From: Octopus sinensis
Taxonomy: Eukaryota
Direction of reading: 5' to 3'
NCBI RefSeq assembly: GCF_006345805.1
Contig: NC_042998.1
Span: 152,582,001 to 152,646,000 of the forward strand
Length of the DNA stretch: 64,000 nt
Positions 37,801 through 51,514 of the stretch are shown in pieces. A program made the translations under genes and the position numbers. The notes under the pieces are model-generated. The model was not told the DNA's origin, searched no databases, and saw only the letters and a program-made list of their open reading frames with translations. The first letter of the stretch is position 1, and each line of letters starts with the position of its first letter.

Positions 37801-40800
37801 TATTTTATATACATATGCAGTGTATTTAAAATTTTGCATTTAAGACTTTAAAGTGCTCAATATACACTTGCAGAAAAGTGTGTAAATTTTGGTGTGTGTG
37901 AGGTGGGGAGAGAAAGAGGTAGAGCCATTATACAAATACCCATACACACTGTTCAACTCAGTACTCACACCACACTCCATTACACACACACTCACATGAA
38001 CATGCACCCACACCACATACCATTATGCAGACACCCACGTACACCACGATACAAACACCTCTACACGCTGTTCAGCTCATTACCCACACCACACACCATT
38101 ATGCACCTTCTCACATACACATGCACACTTTCCTACTCCACACACACTAGCACTCAATACCTCCAACCCCTAACTCTTGTCACCCCTATCCCACCTCTCA
38201 CTTCCATGCATTGCCCCACAACACACAGTATTCACCCTAAAAGCACAATTCGAATGCACACAACATGCCTGAGCACAGACAATATACACATGCACACAAC
38301 ATGCATAAACACATGCAACTTTCTCGCATGAACATACACACACGCACACTATTTCATGCACTAACACACACACACATGATAGCCTCACACATATACACAT
38401 GTCCATACCCACACAAATACATGAAACACACATCACTCCACACAATGCATGCACTAGGTTACTTACACACACACAGACGCCTACATAATTTTAAGTTTGC
38501 CCACACATACATTCACATGTGCTCCCCCCATTCACACATACTATACACTCATGCACACACTTGTGCACCCCAGTTCAACCTGGTCACCATTATTATCTCC
38601 CTTCCACTCAACCTCTTTCTTCTGGTCATCTCATGTTAAACTGTTAATCCCTACACATTTTTTCTCTCTCCATTTTTCTCCTCTCAACCCTTTCTGTCAA
38701 AGAGCACAGTCTCAAAATATCAAAGACGTTTCCTTTCTTCCCAAGAATCAAACTAATACACCTGTTTGTTGATCCCTCACTTGTCTTCTTTTGTTTTCTG
38801 AAAATTTGATCTATATATGTGTGTGTGTAAGTATATGTAGTGAGTGTTTATGAGAAAAAAAACTAAAATATAAAAATTTTTTTAAATGAAATAAAGAATA
38901 GCCATGCAACCAAATTATTTAAACCAAAACAAAAAAGTCAAAAGTATAAAATAACTTGAAGGAAACTCTATATTGTTATTAAGGCAAGAAAGCTGACAGA
39001 ATCATCAGCATGCTGGACAAAATGCTTAGATGCATTTTATCTGGGGAGGTCAATGTAATCGATTAGTCCACTTCCCTCAAAATTTTAGGCCTTGTGCCTT
39101 TTGTAGAAAGGATTACTATTATTATTAAGTCGGCTGAATTGTTAAGCATGCTGGACAAAATGCTGAGCAGCATTTCATCCATCTTTACTTTCTAATTTCA
39201 AATTCTGCTGAGGTCGACTTTACCTTTCAGAGTCAATAGACATTAGCATGCCAGATAAAATGTTTACCAGCATTTTATACATCTTTATATTTTGAGTTCA
39301 AATACCAGTGTTTTGCCTTTCAACTTTTCAGGGTTGATGAAATAAGTACCATTTAAACACTGTGATCAATGTATTCAACTAGCCTCCTCCCCCAAATTAT
39401 CAAGCGTTGTGCCTATAGTAGAAAGAAAGTATGATTATTATTACTCTGTCAGTGGTTTGGAAGAGTCAGCATAGCATCAAACAAAATGCTCTGCAGTATT
39501 TGTTGTGATTCTTTATGTTCGGAGTTCAAATTTTACCAAGGTCAACTTTTCAGGATGTGTAAAATAAAATAGCAGCCACATACTGAGGTTGATATCATCG
39601 ACTAATCCTTCCCCAACAAATTTTGGTCTCCAAACCTTTATTATTACTGGGAAAAATATTTTGTATATTTATTCTGGATCTTAGTTTAATCCTACCAAAG
39701 TCAGCATTGCTTGCATCCTGTTAGGGTTGATAAAGAGAAATACCATGTCAATGTAATCAACTAATCTCCTCCCCACTTGTGTCTATTTTAGAAACAATTA
39801 TTATTTTATTACAAGAAATTTTAACAGAAAATTAATTAAAAGAGGAACAGTTATGTGTGGATTATGTAACATCATATGTGTATATATGTATTTAATATGT
39901 GTGTGTGTGTATAGATAGATAGGTAGTTAGATATTCCTCTCTACTGTAACCCCACTCAGTTGAAAGGGTTCTTAATTTTTGCAAGTTGCATAGCAACCTT
40001 ACAAATATTTGTGCCACAAAAAAAAGCATCTAGTACATGCTGTAAAGTACTTGTTTTTAGAAAGGGCACATAGCCAAAGAAACCATACCAAAGCAAACAG
40101 TTGAGGATGATGCAGTCTTTGCATTTATCAGCTCCTGTTGAACTGTCCAACTCATGCAAGCATAGAATTTGGGTGTTAGATGATGATGATACATGTGTGT
40201 ATGTATGTATGTCTATATATAGAGAGAGAGAGAAAGAGAGACTGTGTATACATGGTACACAAATAAAAAATATTGTTTGTTACTCAATGATTGGCCAGCA
40301 TTTTACAGTCTTATTTTTCTAAACCAAACAAAATCACTTCCAGTCCAAACTGTGCTCATATGAAAGGAAATAAACCCCTGTACTTGGCTTGTAGTCTCTT
40401 TTATTAACCCCCCCCCCCCAAAGGATGAAAAGCAAAGTTGACCCCAGGATGAGTCAGAAGAAATGCCAGATAGAATTTTTTTCTTACACTCTAATGATGC
40501 TACTAATTCCTTTGCAACAGCAGCAGCAGTAGTAGTAGTAGTTTTGCCAGCAGGCTAGCAATTTGTGTGTAGAGGATGGGTCAAATGTGTCAATCCCTGC
40601 ACACCACTCATATTGCATTTCAGAGAGATGGAAAGCAAAGTTAATTTGGGTAAAATTTGAACTTAGAATGTAAACTTTAAATCTCTCTTGGTCATATTTG
40701 TCCTTCGTCTCCTATAGCTTTGATAAAATCATCACCAGTCATGTACTGAGATTGATTTAATCAACTGACTCACTTCTTACAAATGACAAGTGTTATGTCT

Positions 40801-41316
40801 TTATAAGATAACATTTTGGATACCCTGCACTGGAGACAGTACAGCTTTTAGACAAGAATTTTCTGTATAGTCTGATACACACACACATATACAAATTCCT
40901 ATTCATAATTCTGTGTGCATGTAATACATATAAAATTTGTGTGCGTGTGTGTGTGTGTCTTCTGACACATTGAGGTGATAAGCCCAGATAATCTATGAGT
41001 GAGAAGACCCATGATCAAGGCATTGAAGTGTGTCTAGGACTTCATTATCCAATGTATCTTCTCTTCCTTCATGATAGGTATGCTTTGTGGGAGATTTGAT
41101 AGCTATTTCTAGCAAATTCACCGACCTCATACAGATTCTCATTGTTTTTTTGTTTGTTTTTTTTTTAAATTTACTAAAACATGCAATTTATCATTATCAT
41201 TATTCTACTAAGGCCAACTTTACCTTTCATCCTTTCAGGGTTGATGTAATTGACTAACCCCCTCCCCCAGAATTTCAGGTTTTGTGTCTATGATAGAAAG
41301 TATTATTGTTATTATT

Positions 41317-41639
41317 AACAATAAGATGAGTGCGACTGTTATCGAATGAACAATATTTCGACATCTCATGTGTCTTCAAAATGAACATCTCAATCTACTT
41401 CATTTTGGTAATATTTAAAGGATAGATGTTACTCCTCCAGAAAGTAAAGAAACAATAAGAAGAGTGCGACTGTTATCAAATGAACAATATTCCGACATCC
41501 AAAGGAAGTAGATTGAGATGTTTATTTTGAACTTGTGGAAGACACACAAGATGTCGAAATATTGTTCATTCAATTACAGTCACACTCTTCTTATGGTTTC
41601 TTTACTTTCTGGAAGAGTAACATCAATCCTTTAAATATT
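41317..41639. repeat. Nested inverted repeat (41410-41499 vs 41550-41639; 41317-41407 vs 41500-41600), PLE-pLTR-like
   Basis: Direct reverse-complement matches by eye. Confidence 0.8.
41528..41568 (+). ncRNA. Minimal hammerhead-like motif, U3/U6 variant
   Basis: TGAAC-TTGTGGA-A-GACA CACAAGA TGTC-GAAA-TA-TT^GTTCA; palindromic AATATT stem III. Confidence 0.55.
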
Positions 41640-42014
41640 ATTATTAATATTATTAAGGCAGCAAGCTGGCAGAATCGTTAGCGTGCTGGATAAAATGTTT
41701 AGTGGTATTTCGCTTGTTGCTATGTTCTGAGTTTAAATTCCACCAAGGTTGACTTTATCTTTCGTCCTTCCGAGGTCGATAAAACAAGTACCAGTGGGGT
41801 CAATGTAATCAACTCATCCCCTCGTTAGCATGTCGGGCTAAATGCTTAGCAGTATTTTGTCTGTCTTTATGTTCTGAGTTCAAATTCTGCCACGGTCAAC
41901 TTTGCTTTTCATCCTTTCAGGTCAATAAATTAAGTACTGGTGAAACACTGGGGTTGATGCAATCAGCTAGTCCCCTCCCCACAAATTTCAGGTCTTGTGC
42001 CTTTAGTAGAAAGG

Positions 42015-42046
<32 letters not shown>

Positions 42047-45000
42047 GGCAGAGAGCTGGCAGAATCATTAGCACACCAGACAAAATGCTTAGAGGCATTT
42101 CAGCCATCTTTAGATTCTGAGTTCAAATTCCACTGATGTCAACTTTTCCTTTCCTCCTTTCATGGTCAATAAAATAAGGACCAGTTGAGCACTAAGGTCA
42201 ATGTAATAGACTTACCCCCTCCCCAAAAGTTTCAGGCCTTGTGCCTATAGTAGAAAGAATTATTATTATTATTGCTATTATTATTTTGTATAATGCTCTG
42301 ATAGTTCTACCAATCAACTACCCTTTAGTTCTGGTTCTTTATGTGCTGAGCTCAAATCTTGTCATTGTCAACTTTGCCTTTCATCCTGCAAAGTTTGATG
42401 AAATAAAGTACCAGTCAACTACTGGAACTTGGTTCACTCAAAATTGCTGAACTTGTGCTTAAATTAGAAACCAAAGATGGTAAACTAGCAGAATCATTAG
42501 AACATTAGAAAAGATACTTTGTGATATTTGTTGCAACTCTTTATGTTTTAAATTCAAATCCCACTAAGGTCATCTTTGCCTCTCAGCCTTTCTGGAGTCA
42601 AAATATAGTACTTGTCAATTACTGGGGTCAATAATATCTAATAACCACCTCTCTTCAAAATCCTGGACTTGTGCCTAAACCAGAATTTATTATTATTATT
42701 ATTATTAAGGCTGTGAGCTAGTAGAACTTTTAGTGCACTGGACAAAATGCTTAATAGATTTTCTTCTAGCTCTTTATATTTTGAATTAAAACCCCATTGA
42801 CATTAGCTTTGCCTTCCATCCTTTTGGGGTCAAGAAAATATTGCACCTGCCAAGGACTGGAGCTGATGTAATCAATTTACCCTTCATATTTTGGTAAAGG
42901 ACCTTAATTGCTGGTCCTATACTAAAATATGAAACCACTATTATTATTAAGGCTACAAGCTGGCAGAATCATTAGCATGCCAGACAAAATGTTTAGTGGC
43001 ATTTTGTTTGTCTACATTCTGTGTTCAGATTCCGCTAAAGTTAACTTTGCATTTCATCATTTTGAGGTTGAGCACTGAAATCAATGTAATCAACTGGCCC
43101 CCACCTCTAAAATTGCTGTTATTGTGTCAAAATTTGAAACCATTATTTATGTTCTGAGTTCAAATTCCACCAAGGTCAATATAATCAACTATCTCCCTCC
43201 ACCAAATTTCAGGCCTTGTGCTTATAGTGGAAAGGATTATTATTATTAAGGCAGTGAGCTGACAATTGTTACTGCACTGAACATCCCTTCTGACACTACA
43301 TTCTGAGTTCAAATGCCACCAGGGTTGACTTTGCCTTTCATCCTTTTGGGATTGATAAAATAAATTCCAATTGAGCACTGGGATCAATGTAATCGACTAT
43401 TCCACGTCTCTAAAGTTTCAGGCCTTGTGCCTATAGTAGAAAGGATTATTATTATTATCCTCATTATTATTATTAGCAGCTGCAGGACTAGGTATGTGGG
43501 TGGCAAAGTATCAGACAAGATGTCATATTTAATTATATCCCTCTCCAGAATTTATCCATCTGGTGTTGATAAAATACATTATCAGTAATGTACTCAGTGG
43601 ATTTGATTTGTGCCCATTCCATACCTCCAAATTTTTCTTTATGTACTAACATAACAAATCATAAACCCTAAGTTAATCAGAGAGCCTGGTTGAATTTTAC
43701 TTCCCATTTGTTGAGAGTCCCTAAAACAAGTTGTCAGTGAATGGTTTACCTCAAACTCCTATTTTCAGGTTTGATACCACAATATGGCACTTTAAACAAG
43801 TGTCTTCTAACAAAAAAGCCTTAGTTTCACCAAAAACTCATCAGTATGATTTGATGTTCTTGTTTTTGGCTGTTAATTGTAATCCATTATCTGGTTTGAT
43901 AGTACCTCTACCCATAGGTGTTGTTAGTGTTGCAAGCTGTTGGGTAACATCTCCAATCAAGTGACCTCTGTAAAGAGTCAATGCAGTTGCCCTTCCACCT
44001 CTCAACTCCAACCACTAACATCTATGACTAACCTTCGCTTGCCTTGTTTCAGCCTTTATGCCTATGTTAAAAACCATTATTGCAGTTGTCTCCATGTTGA
44101 TGTTCCTTTGGGTTATCTAGGTCATGGCTCATCTCCTTTGCACAACTTAGAGATACAGTAAGCTAACTGGTAATAAAATAATATAATACCACAATATTTA
44201 ATGCCTTATGATATTATATTCTGTAATGAAGCCTTAGATTGTCTACTTTTTATTCATCTTTTCAGGAGTTGATTAGAACTGAGACTATTTTAATCCTTTC
44301 TATCTTGTCCCTGAACATGTGTGGCCCTGGGCCCATGTAAATCATTATTTCTGAAAAGTAGTACCTTGTATTCACTTAAATTCTGACCTGAAATTCTACT
44401 AACAACAACTTTGCCTTTTAATCCTTGATAAAGCAAGTACTACAATTGGTCCCCATCTTTTCAAGAATTTGTGTTAGGAAACAAATCAGTGATTATTATC
44501 ATTATTAAGGTGGTGAGCTGCCAGAATTGTTAGTGCATCAGAATAAATGCTTTGCAATATTTCTTTCAATTACTTATATTCTGTGTTCAAATACTACCAA
44601 GGTCAACTTTGCTTTTCGTTTTTGCAAGGTTGATGAAATAAAATACCAGTCAAGTAGTTGAGTTGATTAGCATTAACTTTCCCTCTCTTGTGGCCTTGTG
44701 CCAAAATTAGAATTATTATCATTATTGTTTCTTTATTCACAATGACTTCTAGTACTGTGTCATCATCCACAGTATTAATTAGACCCTAATTAAGCTGGAG
44801 TGTGTACAGCTTAATTTAAACAGAAATCATTTTAATGTCCAATTTTTTTTATTCACATGGGTCACACAGATTTTCTATGGTCAGATGTTCTTCCTGTCAC
44901 CAGCCCAACCTGTTTCCAAGTAAGGTAATAGTTATTTTTGACTGGACTAGTTTTCCATGAAAGACTGGAAACAAAAGACACCACCTGCATGGTAGTAACA

Positions 45001-47839
45001 GTGACAAAGACACATACACCCCTATCTACCAGCTCTACTCACAAGGCTTTGGTTGACCTAGGGCTATAATAGAAGACACTTGCCTAAGATGCTATGCAAT
45101 GGGACTGAACCTGAAACTACATAGCTGGAAAACTAATTTCTTAACTACACAGCCTTGCCTGCACCTCTCTTTCAACAAAACTAATTACAATAAACACACA
45201 ATTTTTTGGAATGATATAATTCTTTATTTCTCTTTTTATTTTTTGTGGGAAAGAGTAGGGGATCTAATCTTACCTTCTGTAGAAATTTGCTTTCTTTACA
45301 GAGAAAACATGAGTTTGTCATCTGCTATCATTGTGTGTGTGCATGTGTAATTTATACATGCATACACACAAGTTTGTATGTATATTACACCTATTTATAT
45401 TTATGTATGTGTATGTATATAATACATAGTTGCTGTGTAACTACTCACGCATCTGTATGAAATCATACATACACAGACATACATTAAAAGTTTTATTTGC
45501 AATTGGATTTTCTTTTGTAATATTTCCAAGCAAAAATTGTATTTTTTAAGAAATATAATTGTGAAATTAAATTATATTATTGTATTGAACCAACACTGTC
45601 TCTGTGTTTTATATGTGCCATACTTGTATTCTGCCTTTTATTCTCTAACTCATATCTCGCTCTTCTATTCACGATCTCAGTCATATTTGTTACCAATAAA
45701 TGGAGAAAGTAGTAGGACTATTTCGTATGCAACCCTTCTAGTACTGATGCAATGATAAAATGCTCCCAGTAGACTGTAAAGTTGTTGGCATCCAGCCATA
45801 GAAACCCTGCCAAAATGTAGTGTACAAGTAAGATGTGGCTTCCCTGAGTCAGCTAGGAGATTAGTAACTCCAAATAAAAACTAGTTCAGTCAATGACATC
45901 TCAGGTCAACTGATTTCTATTCTGGAACACTAAGCTCCTTTGCATTTTGTCATAAAAGAATTTTCCAAATAAGACTGCTGACATTTTACTGAAAACTGCC
46001 AGAGAAAACTGACTCTAAAAATCAGTTTTGAGATTTCATTAAAACTGCTTACACTTGAAATTACATTACTGTATCTTGTGAGAAATTAATCTAAAAAAAA
46101 AAGAAAAGACCACCTTTATGGAGAGAAAAAAACAGTCAGTAAAACTACGTTTCATTTTTCAAGAAGGAATAACATTTTTGTTTTATTGAAGAATTTAATG
46201 TCTTTATTTAGTTACTGACACATCAGCATCATTGTGATTTTATGTATGTCTTCCATGCTGGCATGGGCTGGATAAGTCATCACGGTCTGAGTCATCTCCA
46301 ATTGAGAGCTATGGTTCTCAAAAACTAGGAGCTCGTACATGTCATTTAGCATGATCTCCATGGCTGGATACCCTTCCTAATACCAACCACTTTACAATGA
46401 TGTGCACTGGCTGCTTTTTTCATGTCACTGGCACAAGTGAGCTTACTATGCAACTTGCAAGACTATGAAATGTAGGAGGCTTCTGATGGGGTTATCGAGA
46501 GTGGCAGAGCACATTCTTGTAGAGGAGCTGCAAAGTGAGAAATATAACTAGTGGTAACGAGGTGTCCAGGTGACCTCTCAAGGTACGATATGAATAGGAG
46601 TGGGGACAGAGGAGGAAGGGTCAAGTGAGTATGGGGGAATGAGAGGGGAGGGGAAGTAGGCAACAACTGTAAAGATTGTGTAAGGTTGAAAGATGTAAGA
46701 AGTGATGAATAAAGATGGGTTGGGGGACTAATGATGCATGAGTTGAGCAAGGTAGAGGGATTTAGAAGAGAGCAACAGGATAGTAATGAAGGTATAGCTG
46801 ACAAGAGAGAGAGAGATAGTGTGAGGCTGGGTTGGCTGCAGGATTGAGGGAAGCAGACATAGTGCATGGGGAGAAATAATTAGGTGGTCCAATGGGGTGG
46901 GGGATGATCAGTGTAACTAGTTGGAGTGAACAATATTATTGGATGAATGACGACCAAGAAATGAAATGATTCCAGGTAAAAAGAAGTGATATCTAGGGAG
47001 GGAGATGATGAGGTGGGTGAAAGGAGGAAGAAGCAACTATAATATTGCAAGAGTAGCAACTGCACAGTAGAAAGATGTGATGCATAAGTATTGTGCTGCT
47101 GTATGTGGTCATGTGATGCATTTGACAGTTAATAAAGAAGTGCCAAACAATCCAGGTGGAAGGAACTTGTAGAAGAGAAAGCCAGTGGGCAGTTGATCTC
47201 AGAATGGAGATGGCACAAGGTCGCAAGAAATGGTAAGGCACTTTGGAGGAGGAGAGCCATCCAGCTGATGTAGGAATCGAAAAACGGATGTAAACTGATG
47301 ATGATGATATTATGGCCTATACATTATATCCATTTATATATCCACATGTATATATGGATTTATAAACCATAGGAAAATGTATTGAAAAGGGAATGTAATT
47401 ATTTATTATAATAAATTATTTATTTGAGTCAATTATTTACTATAGTAAACAGTCAGTGTAGATTTGAAGTTTGTGGTTCATAACAAAAACTTGCTGATAA
47501 CTCTGAATTTGGAACAGGAATCAACCAAATTCATTCACTGGAAGTTGTTTAGAGAGATTTAGGGATTTATCTTACTTTTCCCTCAAAAATGAGTCCAGTT
47601 TCTTAAACAGTGAGTGTGCTGCTGACATTATGAACAAACTCATCCTATAAACAAAGATGCTATTTTATTCTAGTTCCAACCTTAACTTCTTTGTTTAGTA
47701 AAAAATGGAACTTACGATAACTAAAAAGAAAAGCTTGTGCATTGTACACTCTCTTGCAATCTGGAACACCTCATGCCTCTGATTTTCACATCACAGAACA
47801 TTGGCAATCCTCTTCCTTTCTGCTTCACCCCTTGCTAAA

Positions 47840-49290
47840 TAGACTTGTCTCCTAGCTTCTTTTCTGACCACCTCATATATTTCTCTACTATCCCCCATTC
47901 TCCCAATACTTCCAAGCTTCTTTCTGTCAACTTCTCTGTTCCATGTCATCCTAGTCTAGTCAAGACTTTGCACCAACCACAGATTTGGTCTGTAGCCCTC
48001 AGTCGGTTGTCCCATAAAAACTTTCAGTCATCCTCTATGTTCTATATCTCTTTGCTAAATGCTCCAATTAGAACATCTCTAAATTTCTGACTGTTTTAAT
48101 GAATCTTTAAGCTTTCAATATCTTCCTTTTCTTGGCTGGTTTGCTTCTCAGAGTCCTAACCTTAAATCTGAAGTCACTAAGGACTGACCTATGTTAGGAA
48201 AACATTCTTCACCTGGGAGGTCTTTGCATTTATGAGCATCCATCTATCCTGCTTTCTGATTACATTGTAGTCAGTCCGGCTTGTGTGGCCACCAGATTGA
48301 TAGGTGATTAGGTGACTGACTGGTTTCCTGAAGTTAGTGTTGCAGATCATTGAGATGTTTTGCACCAAAGAATGCCAAGAACCAGGCTCCCTGCTCATTT
48401 TAGGGACAAATCTGTAGTCTCCATGCACACCATAGTATTCCCCAGGATGCTGCCCAACATGTCCATTGACGTCACCAACCATAAAGAGGTAGTCTGCAAA
48501 AGGTCATTACAAATCCTTTTATTCATCCAGCAGTCTCAGTTGGGAAGCATAGGCAAAAATAATAGTCTCTATTGTATTTTCCAAGATTAGTCTAAGCATA
48601 GTATTCTATTGTTCACTATGATTTTATACCTATGTCCCTTACCTCTGAGGAATGTAGCTGAGGATCCCCTCCATGTTACCTCTACATCTATATGCCTCCA
48701 TTGAAGCATTTCTACAACCTCACCATTGAATGTAGCTGCTTTAAGAATGTGGACAGAGTAGGAATGATTAGTAGGGAGCTAGGTGACAGCTTTCAGCATT
48801 TGAAAAGAAGGTTTGTGAGAACACTTGCCTAACAGGTCTTATCAGATCTTAAAGAAATAATGACATTACCATAACATAAATGTTTGGATTTTATATAGGT
48901 GTTTACATATGTCTATTTTCTCAGCATAATTCAAGTTATGTAGTTGTCAAGTGGTCCTGTTGCTATACTTAATAAAATATGGAGATAATTTTGTCTAAGA
49001 ATCATTGAAGCTGTGAAAATGCATCTATGAGAGAGAGATGAAAATGTGCATGGAGACTACAGATTTGTCCCTAAAATGAGTAGGGAACCTGGTTCTTGGC
49101 ATTCTTTGGTGCAAAACAACTCAATGATCTGCAACACTAACTTCAGGAAACCAGTCAGTCACCTAATCACCAATCAATCTGGTGGCCACACAAGCCGGAC
49201 TGACTACAATGTAATCAGAAAGCAGGATAGATGGATGCTCATAAATGCAAAGACTTCCCAGGTGAAGAATGTTTTCCCATCAGTATGAAC
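47840..49290. mobile_element. Decayed RTE endonuclease fragments: minus strand 47840-48590 and inverted duplicate on + strand 49046-49290
   Basis: VGDVNGHVG, ICNTNFRKP, LINAKT motifs; the two copies share the same degenerations. Confidence 0.8.
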
Positions 49291-50249
49291 TAGCATAATT
49301 CAGTTTTAGGTTAGTAATAAAGAAAAGCACAGAATGGTGACAGTTCATATTACAGAATTGCATGGTTATAGCATGTAGCAAGCTGACAGTCATATAACCA
49401 CCAATATGAACACTAAGCTGTATCTCTGCTTTCCTTCTCTGTACTGCCTTAATGAAGGTACTTATATTAAGTCTGAACGATGTACATTCAACAATCTTTA
49501 ATGGTTAATTTATTACTGAAGTCATCAATCTGTTTGTTGTGCCCATTTTCCTTATTCAAAATAACCCTTGAAAATAGTCAGAAATTCACAAGATTTGCTA
49601 TTTTCTTTAGAAGATATAAAAACAAATCATAGTCAATGCATCACTTATGCAAAATTGAAATCTTATGCAAAAATGTTACCAAGAAAACATTTAACTTTTA
49701 TCACTACTTGTTTGCATCTGTAAATGAATTACTCTAAGTTTCTCTCTCTATGTTCAGGTATTGCAGCTCCAACTTCAATCTACTCAGATGTAAGATCCTA
49801 ATTTATATTTCAAGATGTTTATATATTTTGAGCTAAAATTTTGTTCAAAGTAAAACAATTTCACACCATTCTAATGGTCAAGGTAAACTATCTAAATGTA
49901 ACTGTTTGAAGAACAATAATGCTGGAAATTTCCACATGCAATTGCCAGTGCTGCCTCCAGATGCCACATGTAAAACTATTTAAATTTCAGTGTCATTTAT
50001 ATATGAAACTGTTTACTTGAATGGCTGGTTGAACCTGGAGTAGTTTTTAGTTTAATTCTAAATAAAATGTAATCACTGGACTTGAATCAAATATGGTTAA
50101 AGTAACCCACTCTCAGCTATGATGTGGTGCCAACCTGAATACCAAGTACCACAGGAAAGCAATCAAACATTGGTTCATTATGTCAAAATGTGCTCAGCCA
50201 TCATGTGAGAGCTGTCTAGTATTGATATCTTGCTTCTAAAACAAATTTC

Positions 50250-51057
50250 GGATCTTTTCCTTTTGAACGGCAGTTTTCAACACAATTTCTAGTTAACTAA
50301 ACACTTTTAAACTTCGTATACTGGTAGAATGTGTTTATAAAACATCATTTTTTCTTGGCTTTATTGAGAAAATTCTATATGTTGTAACATATTTCCACTT
50401 TAAAATCGAGCATTTCGGCAATTTTTACCAATCAAATACGTCCATTTGGGGTGAAAACATAGCGTGCTGTATGAATATGTCCCTTGTTTAAGAAACAGAT
50501 TGGGTTTATTTACATTTGCGAAGAAAAAAAGATACCCTTCCCCACCCCTAACCCTAATATAGATTGAAATGCAATAGATTGATACTAGGGTTATAATTAT
50601 GGGTGACATTTTCATTTGATACCGCTAGAAAAAAATCCCATTTTCTGTAGCGGTGTCGTATGAAATTGTCACCCATAATTATAACCCTAGTATTGATCTA
50701 TTGCATTTCAATCTATTTTAGGGTTAGGTTTAGAGTTAGGGTTAAGGGTAGGGTTAGGGTTAGGGGAAGGGTATCTTTTTTTTCTTCGCAAATGTAAATA
50801 AATCCAATCTGTTTCTTAAAAGAGGGACATATTCATACAGCACAGTATGTTTTCACTTGAAATGGATGTATTTGATTGGTTAAGATTGCCGAAATGCTTG
50901 ATTTTAAAGTGGAAATATGTTACAAAGTATAGAATTTTCTCAATAAATCCAAGAAAAAATGATGTTTTATAAACACATTCTACCAGTATACGAAGTTTAA
51001 AAGTGTTTAGTTAACTAGAAATTGTGTTGACATATGCCGTTCAAAAGGAAAAGATCC
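50250..51057. mobile_element. 808-bp fold-back MITE with 8-bp TSD and internal telomeric repeats
   Basis: TSD CAAATTTC at 50242-49 and 51058-65; TIR GGATCTTTTCCTTTTGAACGGCA; arms pair almost to the centre (~50627-50645); degenerate (TTAGGG)n at 50718-50766. Confidence 0.9.
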
Positions 51058-51237
51058 CAAATTTCTGATCATTCAAGGAGGATCCACAAAGCATTGGAGG
51101 GGGACAAGTGTAAGGGAGAAAACTTGAAAGTCACAAATGTTGCATTTTACCTTGAGAAAAGAACAACTTTTCATTCTGCAATTTTGTTATTTCACTCAAG
51201 CAAAATTTTCAGTGTTCATGCTTTTTAAATGTAATGC

Positions 51238-51269
<32 letters not shown>

Positions 51270-51514
51270 CATCATCATCATCATCATCATCGTTTAACGT
51301 CCGTTTTCCGCGCTAGCACGGGTTGGACGGTTTCGACCGGGGTCTGGGGAGCTCGGGACTGCCGCAGGCTCCAGTCTAGTCTGGCAGTGTTTCTACAGCT
51401 GGATGCCCTTCCTAACGCCAACCACTCCGCGAGTGTAGTGGGTGTTTTTTACGTGCCACCTGCACAGGTGCCAGAGGGGTCTGGCATCGGCCACGTTCGG
51501 ATGGTGCTTTTTAT
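51270..51514 (-). mobile_element. RTE 3' tail fragment inserted in (TA)n
   Basis: (CAT)n next to (TA)n, then the reverse complement of the RTE 3' UTR. Confidence 0.85.

Larger units (their letters stand above)
36310..44725 (+). mobile_element. Cluster of roughly 20 co-oriented Meta-like tRNA SINE copies, many head-to-tail via (ATT)n
   Basis: Recurrent aaggc..gagctggcagaatc.ttagc heads directly after attattatt tails, e.g. 37290, 39125, 41655, 42045, 42705, 42945, 43245, 44505. Confidence 0.85.

Noticed and set aside
43820-43850. Minus-strand CTGATGA-N9-GAAAC hammerhead-like spacing
   Set aside because: Stems I and II do not pair, the site would be GGC, and the sequence is the antisense of a decayed CORE-type SINE.
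50718-50766. TTAGGG tract as a chromosome-fusion scar
   Set aside because: It lies inside a TSD-flanked MITE arm with a shorter mirror copy; no head-to-head telomere junction.
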